From an uncultured Candidatus Poseidoniales archaeon (GTDB lineage Archaea > Thermoplasmatota > Poseidoniia > Poseidoniales > Poseidoniaceae), in the NCBI GenBank assembly GCA_964014545.1, contig CAXGZX010000001.1, positions 9,279-73,278 of the forward strand: 64,000 bases of DNA, given 5' to 3'. A program made the translations under genes and the position numbers. The first letter of the stretch is position 1. The number at the start of each line of letters is the position of its first letter. The notes beneath the pieces are model-generated. The model was not told the DNA's origin, did no database searches, and saw nothing but the letters and a program-made list of their open reading frames with translations. Shown piece by piece: positions 30,314 through 39,071 of this stretch.

Positions 30314-30921
30314 TATTCAACACCTCTGTCCTTCATCAATCGCTCAATCGTTTCTACGATTAATTGAGTATTACTATCAATTTCTAAATTTACTACATCA
30401 CCAATTTGTTTGGAACCAAGAGTGGTAAGACGAAGGGTTTCAGGAATTATATGAAGATGGAATATCCCATTCTCAACTTTTCCAACTGTCAATGAAATCC
30501 CGTCAATAGCGATGTAGCCTTTCTCTGTCAGATACTTGTGAGTGGATGGCGATGCTAGAATACTAAAGGTCATTTGATCTCCTGATTGGGCTCTAGAACT
30601 AATGATCCCAGTTGCCATTATGTGACCCGATAAGATGTGGCCGCCTATTTCATCACCAAATTTCAGTGAACGTTCAATATTTACCAGGCTTCCAACGGAC
30701 AAGTCTCCTAAATTTGTCCGATTTAACGTCTCAGTAATTATGTCAAACTTGACTTCCCCTCCATTAATGGAAACAACTGTCAAACATACCCCATTGATTG
30801 CTACACTAGCACCAATTTGTAAAGCCTCGACATTAGGTAAGTTAATACTGACTGAGGTCACTGTGTTAGATTCACTAACTGAAACAATTTCGGCAACTCC
30901 CTGTATTATTCCAGTAAACAT
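30313..30921 (-). CDS. ribE: Riboflavin synthase, bacterial/homotrimeric (alpha chain) type
   Basis: MFTGII, SVAINGVCLTV, VNIERS, GGHILSGH, KGYIAIDGISLT, IIPETL..T, VNLEID. Confidence 0.95.
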   Translation of the reverse strand: MFTGIIQGVAEIVSVSESNTVTSVSINLPNVEALQIGASVAINGVCLTVVSINGGEVKFDIITETLNRTNLGDLSVGSLVNIERSLKFGDEIGGHILSGHIMATGIISSRAQSGDQMTFSILASPSTHKYLTEKGYIAIDGISLTVGKVENGIFHLHIIPETLRLTTLGSKQIGDVVNLEIDSNTQLIVETIERLMKDRGVE

Positions 30922-30930
30922 GTTACAACC

Positions 30931-31380
30931 TCAGTCCTGATTTTGTGATAATTGTAAAATTCTAGCAATTATTTTCCTAGTGCCATCAAGGTCATCAGTC
31001 AAACCTTCAACCCTTGTGACTTTGATATTTTGATACCCTAGTTGAGCTAGCTTTTGTTTTATTGAATCCTCAGCATGTTCTTGATCATACCCTAGCGCAA
31101 TGACATCTGGATTGACAATCGGCAGGATTTCAAAGATGGAAACGTCGGGTGAATTACCAACAATTGCCTCATCGACTGGTTTCAAACCTTCCACCATTCT
31201 TCTACGAAGGTCGTGGTTGGTTACTGGTTCATGTTTTCGGATTCTAACTGTATCATCATGAGCAACTACAACCGTAAGGTGGGTACCTAGGCTTTTGGCT
31301 TGTTCAAGGTAATGCAAATGACCGGCATGAAGTAGGTCAAAAACTCCAACTGCCATAACCTTCATTGGATTCTCTCCCAT
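30931..31380 (-). CDS. ribL: Archaeal FAD synthase (FMN adenylyltransferase)
   Basis: GVFDLLHAGHLHYLEQAK, VVVAHD, PDVIALGYDQ; inside the rib cluster. Confidence 0.88.
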   Translation of the reverse strand: MGENPMKVMAVGVFDLLHAGHLHYLEQAKSLGTHLTVVVAHDDTVRIRKHEPVTNHDLRRRMVEGLKPVDEAIVGNSPDVSIFEILPIVNPDVIALGYDQEHAEDSIKQKLAQLGYQNIKVTRVEGLTDDLDGTRKIIARILQLSQNQD

Positions 31381-31415
31381 TTAGTCCAGTAACCCGCTAC
31401 TGATGATATTACCGA

Positions 31416-32129
31416 TTATTCCGCTTGATGAATTGCGCTGATGATTTCTGCACCTTCGAGAAAAGGAATGCCCCTTTGCTCTGCCCAAATTCTTGCCTCA
31501 CTTACCGAAAGTGCATGATCTCCATCTGGTTCCAACATTTCTGCACCGATGACAACTGGTGTCACATTAGATAATCTTGCTAATCCTACAGCCAATTCAG
31601 TATGACCTTGCCTTCTGAGTAAACCTCCTGCGGTTTCTCGACACACAGGTATGTGACCTGGAGTACGGAATTCTTTACCAAGTAATTGTTTAGCCGCTCG
31701 TGTGTCAATATTACCATAGAATATTTCCTTGGTTAATTCGGCAAATCTGCGGGTAGTTAATGCTCTATCCTTGTCGGTGATACCGGTATATGTTTCTCGG
31801 TGGTTCAGCGAAAGAGTAAACGCTGACCTAGCGTCATATCTTAGGTCATTTGTCACCAGATGAGATAACACTGCATATTCACTGGTTAGCGCTTGATTGG
31901 TGTGAAGGTCCTGCAGGAAAGGTAGTTCAAAACGCTCGCCAACCTCATCTCCGATAGCGAGGAATAACAGACCACCGCAATCTTTTCTCAATTGACGCAT
32001 TGTTTCTGGTTTTGCATACTCTGCGGCGAATAGTAAATCTGTTTCACCTTCTCGCTTTTCCGAGTCAAAAAGACAAACTGGCATGCCTTTTGCAAATGCT
32101 TTAATCGCCGCTTCTATGGAATTGCCCAT
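31416..32129 (-). CDS. ribB: 3,4-dihydroxy-2-butanone-4-phosphate synthase, archaeal type
   Basis: FDSEKREGETD, YDARSAFTLSLNHRETYTGITDKDRALT, FRTPGH, RQGHTEL. Start ATG 32129. Confidence 0.92.
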   Translation of the reverse strand: MGNSIEAAIKAFAKGMPVCLFDSEKREGETDLLFAAEYAKPETMRQLRKDCGGLLFLAIGDEVGERFELPFLQDLHTNQALTSEYAVLSHLVTNDLRYDARSAFTLSLNHRETYTGITDKDRALTTRRFAELTKEIFYGNIDTRAAKQLLGKEFRTPGHIPVCRETAGGLLRRQGHTELAVGLARLSNVTPVVIGAEMLEPDGDHALSVSEARIWAEQRGIPFLEGAEIISAIHQAE

Positions 32130-32274
32130 GAGTGTTGGGTTGAGCAACTCATTGATGAAGTGTCGCATATCATCACAACATAGAAATTAGCAGAATTGAG
32201 GTTTTTTCTAATCATTTAACAGAAAGGTGTTATCATAGGGTGACCCTTGGCCTGTAACTGCGGGAGTGGGATGT

Positions 32275-33471
32275 ATGCCAATTAAATTAGGACCTGCTGG
32301 AATTCCCTTGTCATGCAAAGGAAGAACCATCGTCGAGGGAATGGACGACATCATCTCACTTGGACTAGAGACAATGGAAGTTCAAACTGTGCGCATGATT
32401 GCTCCACAACACTTTGAACAGTACTGGCAAGCAGGTGTTTTGGCCAACAAAACTGAATTTGAAATGAATATTCACGGACCATACTACTCTGAACTATTAG
32501 GCGATAAAGTCGAAAGAGGTCGTTCGTTGACAAAAATAGAATCAACTCTACAGGCTGCTAAAACAATCAATGCAAGACACATTACTCTCCACGCTGGCCA
32601 TTACGGTGATATGGGCCGAGGCGTACAGGCTAACGAACAGTTGGCCAATATTTTTGCCGGAATTGTCGAAAGAGTCCACGAGATTTGGCATGATGATGAA
32701 GACATATATCCGGTATTTCCATGGCTTAAAGATGGAACTCCATCAAAGATCGGCATTGAAACTTCTGGAAGACAAGAATTATGGGGCAGCCTAGAAGAAG
32801 TCTTAGAGGTGGTAAATCACGTTGAAGGAACAGTTCCTGTCCTCAACATTGCTCACATTCACTCTAGAGGACATGGCAGCATGAGAACCTCGGAAGATTA
32901 TGGGGAAATGTTTGACCAAGTTAGAGAATCCATTGGGACAAAGGAATTTTATTGCCACTTTTCTGGTGTAGAGCACCGAACCGGTAACGCAATGCACTAC
33001 ACTCAAATAAAGAAATCAGACCTTAATTTTGAACCTCTTGCTGAATTTATTGTTGAAGAAGGTGGTTGGCTAGACATTACTTTGATTTCAGACTCTCCGC
33101 TGCTAGAACATGATGCAATGTACATGTTACAAAACATCGAAAAGGCAAGACACAAGCAATTAGAGCGCAAAGCAAGAGAAGACCGTAGAAGAAGCCTAGC
33201 AGCCCAAACCGGTCGTTCTACTGAAGAGATTGCGGCAAGAGAATTAGAAATCGCAAATGCAAGGCAACAAGCCCCAGAACCAACCCCTGAAGTGGCAAAA
33301 GTTGTTGAACCTGCAAAACCAGTAGAAACGAAACCTGCTAAAGCAGAAAAGAAACCTGCTTCCAAGGCAAAAAAAGCTAGTAAGTCTGCTAAGAAACCTG
33401 CAACAAAGGAAGATAAGAAGGCCGATGCTGATGTCTTTGATTTCGAAGAAGAAGATGAAGATCTTTTCTGA
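32275..33471 (+). CDS. nfo: Endonuclease IV-type TIM-barrel AP endonuclease with Lys/Ala-rich and acidic C-terminal tail
   Basis: LGPAGIP, IHGPYY, LHAGHY, IETSGR, AHIHSR, HFSGVE, ISDSPLLEHDA. Confidence 0.85.
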   Translation: MPIKLGPAGIPLSCKGRTIVEGMDDIISLGLETMEVQTVRMIAPQHFEQYWQAGVLANKTEFEMNIHGPYYSELLGDKVERGRSLTKIESTLQAAKTINARHITLHAGHYGDMGRGVQANEQLANIFAGIVERVHEIWHDDEDIYPVFPWLKDGTPSKIGIETSGRQELWGSLEEVLEVVNHVEGTVPVLNIAHIHSRGHGSMRTSEDYGEMFDQVRESIGTKEFYCHFSGVEHRTGNAMHYTQIKKSDLNFEPLAEFIVEEGGWLDITLISDSPLLEHDAMYMLQNIEKARHKQLERKAREDRRRSLAAQTGRSTEEIAARELEIANARQQAPEPTPEVAKVVEPAKPVETKPAKAEKKPASKAKKASKSAKKPATKEDKKADADVFDFEEEDEDLF

Positions 33472-33566
33472 CCTCGTAATTTTCTAGACATAAGCAAAAC
33501 CATATTTTTCTCGCATATCATCGGTAACTAACATAAGCGCGATACAAAACGCAAGTTTTGGTCATC

Positions 33567-34565
33567 ATGGCACACATCGCGATTCTTGGTCTTGGAAATT
33601 GGGGTACTGCGGTCGCAAGAATGTGGCTTTTGGAAGGTCACAAAGTGAAAGGCTGGACAATTGAACAAGAAGTCTATGAGTCTATTACCATGGACGGAAT
33701 CAACAAAAAGTACCTGCCAGACCATTCTGTAGAAGGATTAGAAGCAACTATGCGAATAGAAGAGGCACTTGATGGCGTAGAAATTGTCGTTCTTGCTGTG
33801 CCTTCTTCAGTGATACTAGACGTGGTTGATGACATAATACCCCATCTAAGACCTGGGCATGTTCTCATTGACTTGGCAAAAGGTCTTGCACCAGGAAAGC
33901 GGCTAATTTCTGAGGCTATTAACGAGAAATTAGTGGCGGCAAAAAAGAGTAACACATTGGCCGTGGTTACCGGTCCAACTATTGCCCCTGAAGCTGCTGG
34001 TGGAGTAATAACCACCGCACTTGTTGCTAGCGAGGATGAATCTGTAGCAAAGCGTCTTGCTGAAACCCTAACCACACAGACGTTCATTCTTCACTCGGCA
34101 TCAGATCCTGTTGGTGCAGAACTCTGGGGTGCATTCAAGAATGTCATAGCCCTAACTTGTGGACTTGTTGACGGCCTCAAAAAGATTGGAAGTTTAGGCG
34201 GTGACAACCTCAAAGCCGCGATTTTCATGGCTGGTTTCAAAGAAGGATGCTTATTATTACCGCAACTTGGAGCTAAGGCTGAGGTTGCCTTTGGTCCGGC
34301 GGGACTTGGCGATTTGTATGTTACCGCAACTTCCCCATACGGCCGAAATAGACGAATGGGTGAAAAATTAGGCACTGGTTTAACCGTTGATGAAGCATTA
34401 GCAGAGATGACTATGGTTGCCGAAGGCGTTAGAGCAGCACGAATGTTCATTCGAAGAGCTGAGGACGAAAGTATCGAAGTTCCGTTTACCACAGCAATCA
34501 ATACTTTACTTGATGGCGAAATCGATGCAGAAGAATGCTGCAGAAGAATCGTTGGCCTAAATTGA
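33567..34565 (+). CDS. gpsA: NAD(P)H-dependent sn-glycerol-3-phosphate dehydrogenase
   Basis: GLGNWGTA, LAVPS, AKG, TGPTIA.E, GAFKNVIA, GDNLKAA, AGLGDLYVTATSPYGRNRR, VAEG. Confidence 0.94.
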   Translation: MAHIAILGLGNWGTAVARMWLLEGHKVKGWTIEQEVYESITMDGINKKYLPDHSVEGLEATMRIEEALDGVEIVVLAVPSSVILDVVDDIIPHLRPGHVLIDLAKGLAPGKRLISEAINEKLVAAKKSNTLAVVTGPTIAPEAAGGVITTALVASEDESVAKRLAETLTTQTFILHSASDPVGAELWGAFKNVIALTCGLVDGLKKIGSLGGDNLKAAIFMAGFKEGCLLLPQLGAKAEVAFGPAGLGDLYVTATSPYGRNRRMGEKLGTGLTVDEALAEMTMVAEGVRAARMFIRRAEDESIEVPFTTAINTLLDGEIDAEECCRRIVGLN

Positions 34566-34614
34566 CCGCTTTTTGAGTCGGTGTTGTTTTGTATATCATC
34601 ACCATCAGGGTATC

Positions 34615-34830
34615 ATGGCGGATGATTTGACCGAACTTGAAGCGAGACTCTTTGAGTGGATTAGACAATCTGATTTCGATACTATGCCATGGTCTACTGC
34701 AAGCGCAGCAAAGGCGTTTAAAGTAAAAAAGGACGAAATATATGAAGCAGTGGCCGCTTTGACAAGAAAGGTTCCTGAAAGAATTCAAGTATTCTACAAA
34801 GAAGGCTCGGTTCACATCGCCGCCGAGTGA
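34615..34830 (+). CDS. Small hypothetical protein, possibly winged-helix-like
   Basis: MADDLTELEARLFEWIRQSDF...; fills the intergenic space with a plausible ATG. Confidence 0.6.
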   Translation: MADDLTELEARLFEWIRQSDFDTMPWSTASAAKAFKVKKDEIYEAVAALTRKVPERIQVFYKEGSVHIAAE

Positions 34831-34839
34831 TTGTTTAGT

Positions 34840-34898
34840 GAAAGTTTAGGATGTCCTAAATTATATTAACAAGCAGTTTTAGGGCAACCTCAAGGTGA
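34840..34898 (+). promoter_or_regulatory. Promoter with two DtxR-type boxes flanking TATA, plus Shine-Dalgarno
   Basis: TTTAGGATGTCCTAAA (34845-34860), TTATAT (34861-34866), TTAGGGCAACCTCA (34879-34892), AGGTGA (34893-34898), then TTG 34903. Confidence 0.8.
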
Positions 34899-34902
34899 TT
34901 GT

Positions 34903-36132
34903 TTGAGGGGACCCAAAATTTCTATTTTTGCAGTATTAATTATGCTGATTGCTAGCATACCAGGGTGTATATTTGACCCCCTAGAGTTTGACAAATGTGA
35001 AGACGAAGATAATTGTTTGACCATTGCTTTTGAAACTAAAGAAGAATATCGAAATTCTGATGAGAACCCGCAAAAACTTGCAGATCGGCTTGAAGAGATA
35101 ATGGATGTAGAGGTTGAAATCTACACTGTGTCTGGACCTGCTGCAACGATTGCTGCCCTTGAATATGGTAAGGCTGACATAGGATTCCTCGATGGTGGAG
35201 CGGCCTGGCTGAGTGCTGAAACAAGAGGATTCGAAATAGCCGCTGCCGAACAAAAGGGAGATGGAAGACCATACTACAATGCAGTTGCATGGGTACACAA
35301 AGACTCAGATATGGCAATCGCAGACAAGGCGGGCGAAGACCCATATGCGCTAATGGCTGGGAAAATTTCCTGCCACACCTCTCCGCTTGGAAGTTCAGGA
35401 ATGTTACTGCCAATGGGATGGATGATTTCAGAAGGTTATGTTGACGTTGTTGGAGACCCCAATTTAATGGATTCACTCTACTCAACAGTTAGAAATCACT
35501 TCTCAGAAGACTCTAGCATCCCAGATAGCGGCACACTATATCGTGGCTATGGCGGCTCACTTAGATGCTTGGCAGAACATAGTTTAGGTGATGCTACAGA
35601 TTACATTTCGTTTGCCAAGGACCCAACGGTACCTGATTACTGTGGTGAAGATCCAAGTTCGTGGTGTTTTACCGGAGATTTCACTAGCACAGAAGATTTC
35701 TATCCACTTGGTGGCTATAATGAAACAACAGGTGAGATTAACAGCTTTGGCAGAGCACCAAGCCATCCAGTAATGTACAATCCTGAATACTTTAGTCAAG
35801 GCGAAGTCGACTCACTGCGTGCAGCATTTGAAGTAATGAACGGCAATGATGATGACTTGGAAATATTGGATGATGTTCTTGGAACCCCTGGAATCACCAT
35901 CACCAATACTGAAGATCACATTGGTGACTACGGAGACGCTATCGAAGATGTCCCAGGCATTGCAGCCTACCTCAATGATAAAGTCAATAAAACCTCATCT
36001 GATGATAGTGGTTCTGATATTATTATTTATGGCGGAGTTGCAGTAGTTGCAATAGCATTGGTTACCGGTGCTATATTCCTTAGAAATAATAAGAATCAAA
36101 ATTGGGAAGCCGAAGCAGAGGAATCAGAGTAG
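34903..36132 (+). CDS. Single-lobe transferrin-like (PhnD/transferrin superfamily) substrate-binding lipoprotein with C-terminal TM
   Basis: Lipobox IPGC; ADIGFLDGG, YYNAVAWVHKDS, GKISCHT...G..LP.G, YRGYGGSLRCLAE, ISFAKD.TV, RAPSHPV, all in transferrin order. Confidence 0.85.
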   Translation: MRGPKISIFAVLIMLIASIPGCIFDPLEFDKCEDEDNCLTIAFETKEEYRNSDENPQKLADRLEEIMDVEVEIYTVSGPAATIAALEYGKADIGFLDGGAAWLSAETRGFEIAAAEQKGDGRPYYNAVAWVHKDSDMAIADKAGEDPYALMAGKISCHTSPLGSSGMLLPMGWMISEGYVDVVGDPNLMDSLYSTVRNHFSEDSSIPDSGTLYRGYGGSLRCLAEHSLGDATDYISFAKDPTVPDYCGEDPSSWCFTGDFTSTEDFYPLGGYNETTGEINSFGRAPSHPVMYNPEYFSQGEVDSLRAAFEVMNGNDDDLEILDDVLGTPGITITNTEDHIGDYGDAIEDVPGIAAYLNDKVNKTSSDDSGSDIIIYGGVAVVAIALVTGAIFLRNNKNQNWEAEAEESE

Positions 36133-36227
36133 TTTCAGTAAATTTAACGATAAAGCACTTTGCGTTATTATTGATATATATTATTCTCTACGCCTAATTG
36201 GTGCTGAAATATCTAGGAGTGAAAAAC

Positions 36228-37424
36228 ATGAGGAAAACTAATGCAATACTAGTAATTTTAATGATGAGTCTAGTATGCCTGTCCGGTTGCTTTGGTGAGG
36301 ATGAAGAGCCAAGATTTCAATGGCCTGAGATGGTTGAAATCGAATGTGAGCCTGATTCTGTATCATATCAATGCGATTTTTATGCCAAAGTCGGCTCTAC
36401 AGTGACAAAGACCCTGTTACACCCTTCTGATGGCTCGGTTTGGATTGCTGAGTTAGACGGCAAAATTACCTCATGGAACGGTGAATTCACTGTTGAAATA
36501 GGTAATTTGAGCCAGCAGATTTCTAGATGCCACAATGAACAAGGATTGTTAGGGTTTTCTTTTACTCATGATTTCAATAACAGTGGCGAAATTATCCTTT
36601 CATATACTGATAATATGGATTGTGAGGGACCTGCTGACCTTTCCGGCATAGTCGTCGCAGCAGCTGATATTGTCGATGGTAAAATAGACCTTGAGTCAAT
36701 AGTTGAGATGAGGAGAATTAGTAAGGAAAACCGAAATCACAACGGAGGAAACCTACTATCCCTTGGTGATGGGACATATCTGTGGTCTATTGGCGATGGT
36801 GGCGGCTCAGGAGACCCAAAAGAAAATGGTCAAAACATTCACACACCATTAGGTACAATTCAATATTTCACTTACCACAATAAATCTGTCCAACCGGTAT
36901 TTGACCTGTATGGTAATGACACCGATTATGTATTACATTACGGCCTTAGAAATCCTTGGAAATTTGACATTGATAATAGTGGGCAATTATGGATTGCTGA
37001 TGTTGGACAATATTGCTATGAAGAGATAAATCTAGTGCCAATTTTCGACCAGAGTAACTTTGGTTGGTCACAAAGAGAAGGAATGCACAATTATGACCCA
37101 TCTGATGATTGTACAAGTGCAGCAACTACTCCTGATGATAATAATCTTACAGATCCAATTGTCGAGTATGCACATACTGGCGGAAACTGCTCCATTACCG
37201 GTGGTTTTTGGATGGATTGGGGGCCAAATTCTCTTCAAGGTGGCTATATCTATGGTGATTTTTGTACTGGTGCAATATGGAAAATTTCCCTAAGCAATGG
37301 CAATTGGGAAGCTAATTTCATTACCTCAGTTGGCACATACATTACTGGTTTTGGCCAGGGAATTAATGATGAACTATTGATATTCAGCTGGACTGGTGCA
37401 ATATATTCGCTTGCAGATGCTTGA
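36228..37424 (+). CDS. PQQ-dependent glucose/sorbosone dehydrogenase (GSDH) family beta-propeller lipoprotein
   Basis: Lipobox LSGC; EQGLLG, NHNGG, GDGG, YGLRNPWK, DVGQ...EEIN, NFGW, SITGG, YGDF. Confidence 0.88.
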   Translation: MRKTNAILVILMMSLVCLSGCFGEDEEPRFQWPEMVEIECEPDSVSYQCDFYAKVGSTVTKTLLHPSDGSVWIAELDGKITSWNGEFTVEIGNLSQQISRCHNEQGLLGFSFTHDFNNSGEIILSYTDNMDCEGPADLSGIVVAAADIVDGKIDLESIVEMRRISKENRNHNGGNLLSLGDGTYLWSIGDGGGSGDPKENGQNIHTPLGTIQYFTYHNKSVQPVFDLYGNDTDYVLHYGLRNPWKFDIDNSGQLWIADVGQYCYEEINLVPIFDQSNFGWSQREGMHNYDPSDDCTSAATTPDDNNLTDPIVEYAHTGGNCSITGGFWMDWGPNSLQGGYIYGDFCTGAIWKISLSNGNWEANFITSVGTYITGFGQGINDELLIFSWTGAIYSLADA

Positions 37425-37430
37425 TTATCA

Positions 37431-38348
37431 TTAATTCTTCTTATTCCTTTGATGGAACTTTTGCGCTAAACTAGCCGGTAGTAAAACTGTGAATATAGAA
37501 GATTCACCTAATTCTGATTCATCTGTGACAAATGACCTGATAAATAGTGACAAGAAATCAATTATCACGATTACTACGAAGATGACAATTAGATAGGTCA
37601 TAACATGATTGTACAAGTCTAATTCCATGGCTCTGTCTATATGAAGACCAATTCCTCCAGCGCCGACTAAACCTAGAACAGTACCGTGTCTGACATTGTA
37701 CTCAAACATAAACAATATTTGACTCAAGAAAGTATTGCTAGATTCTGGAATTACCACCTTGGATACAATTTCAGTGTGACTAAGACCCATTGCTCTTGCT
37801 GCCTCTAACGGCTCTCGGTTAATCCCCTCTATTTCCTCATACTGAAGTTTTCCAAGATAGCCGATAGTGTAGAGCGTCATTGCTAAGACACCGGCTAGAG
37901 GGCCAATACCAACGACAATAACAAATACAATTGCCCATATTATGCTTGGCAGGCATCTAGTGAAAGATAGTATCAACCTTGTTGGTACTAGAACCGACTT
38001 GGGAACCAAATTCTTTGCCGCAAATGACGAGAGAGCAATTGCCCCAATAAACCCGAAAATAGTTGCGACAAAGGCCATTTTCAAAGTTTCAAGCATCCCA
38101 GTATATGCTTTAGAGCAGAAAAATTCAATGTTAACGTTGCATTTTGGCGGCTCGGACTGTGCCTCAAAAATAAGCGCCCACTCAGGAGGCCAAAGTTCGG
38201 TATTCCAGAACTTTACTAGGTTACTAAAACCACCAGTTAAATCTCCCCAATCACCTCTGACAAGGTTATTTAGAATTATAAAAGCCAAAATAACTAAGCT
38301 AAAAGAGATGACAGAAACCTTGTTGATTTTTGTTGACATAAGGCTCAC
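37431..38348 (-). CDS. PhnE/PtxC-like ABC transporter permease
   Basis: ETLKMAFVAT, R.LP.IIWA, GYLGKLQYEEIE, EAARAMG, FEYNVR..TVLGLVGAGGIG. Confidence 0.88.
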   Translation of the reverse strand: MSLMSTKINKVSVISFSLVILAFIILNNLVRGDWGDLTGGFSNLVKFWNTELWPPEWALIFEAQSEPPKCNVNIEFFCSKAYTGMLETLKMAFVATIFGFIGAIALSSFAAKNLVPKSVLVPTRLILSFTRCLPSIIWAIVFVIVVGIGPLAGVLAMTLYTIGYLGKLQYEEIEGINREPLEAARAMGLSHTEIVSKVVIPESSNTFLSQILFMFEYNVRHGTVLGLVGAGGIGLHIDRAMELDLYNHVMTYLIVIFVVIVIIDFLSLFIRSFVTDESELGESSIFTVLLPASLAQKFHQRNKKN

Positions 38349-39013
38349 TCCGCTTCATTTAGATTAACATCAAAGTCACCTAAGTCAACTATTCTATCGG
38401 CTATTTGATTAGCCCTATCCAGATGATGTTCCACCAGTAGCATTGCAGAATTATTATTTTTGACATAATCTCTCATTAGTCTGATAATAGAGTCTGCATT
38501 CTCCTTGTCTAACTCACTTAGAAATTCGTCTGCTAAAATTAATTCAGGGGATTGAGCGATGGCACGAGCAGTTGCTACTCGACGTTGTTGACCGCCTGAC
38601 AACCGTCTGATTGGTTCGTTTATTTTTTCAGTAAGACCGACTAATTTTACCGTTTCATGGATCAAAACAGATTTACGTTTTGACCAATTGAGAATATTGC
38701 CTAATTCATCGTTGACCTTGATGCCACATCTTGCGCCTAACTCGACATTATGATACACGCTTGCATGACGGACTAGTCCAAGCCTTTGTGGGATGTAACC
38801 AATCCCGCCACGCCTTCTTACATTACCAATTATTTTGCCAGATAATTTTGGAATCAATCCAGCAATTGTGCGCAATAGCGTAGTTTTCCCAAGACCAGAT
38901 ATGCCGACTATTGCGACTATTTCACCTGGTTTTATTTCAAGGTTAAATCCACTAACTAGAGGACTGTTATAGCCCACAGATAAATTCTTTATTTTGACAA
39001 TTGGTTTAGCCAT
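38345..39013 (-). CDS. PhnC-like ABC transporter ATP-binding protein
   Basis: GISGLGKTT, LSGGQQRRVATARA, ILADE..SELD, VEH. Confidence 0.88.
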   Translation of the reverse strand: MAKPIVKIKNLSVGYNSPLVSGFNLEIKPGEIVAIVGISGLGKTTLLRTIAGLIPKLSGKIIGNVRRRGGIGYIPQRLGLVRHASVYHNVELGARCGIKVNDELGNILNWSKRKSVLIHETVKLVGLTEKINEPIRRLSGGQQRRVATARAIAQSPELILADEFLSELDKENADSIIRLMRDYVKNNNSAMLLVEHHLDRANQIADRIVDLGDFDVNLNEAE

Positions 39014-39071
39014 CTTACAACCCCACCAATAGTAGTAGCCTGTCCTATAGTTTAGTAGTTAAGAATATATC

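Noticed and set aside
33003..34501. Antisense ORFs 33003-33521, 33674-34087 and 34091-34501
   Set aside because: They overlap well-supported nfo and gpsA on the opposite strand and have no motifs; the same applies to the other short overlapping ORFs in the track.
34903..39013. Plain phnCDE phosphonate transporter call
   Set aside because: The binding protein has transferrin-type ligands and DtxR-type boxes, and no phosphonate catabolism is nearby. Not formally excluded, but less well supported.
39035..39048. Possible extra DtxR-type box upstream of the phnC-like gene (ATAGGACAGGCTAC on the minus strand)
   Set aside because: Three mismatches to the consensus and the TATA-adjacent architecture is missing; too weak without a PWM scan.
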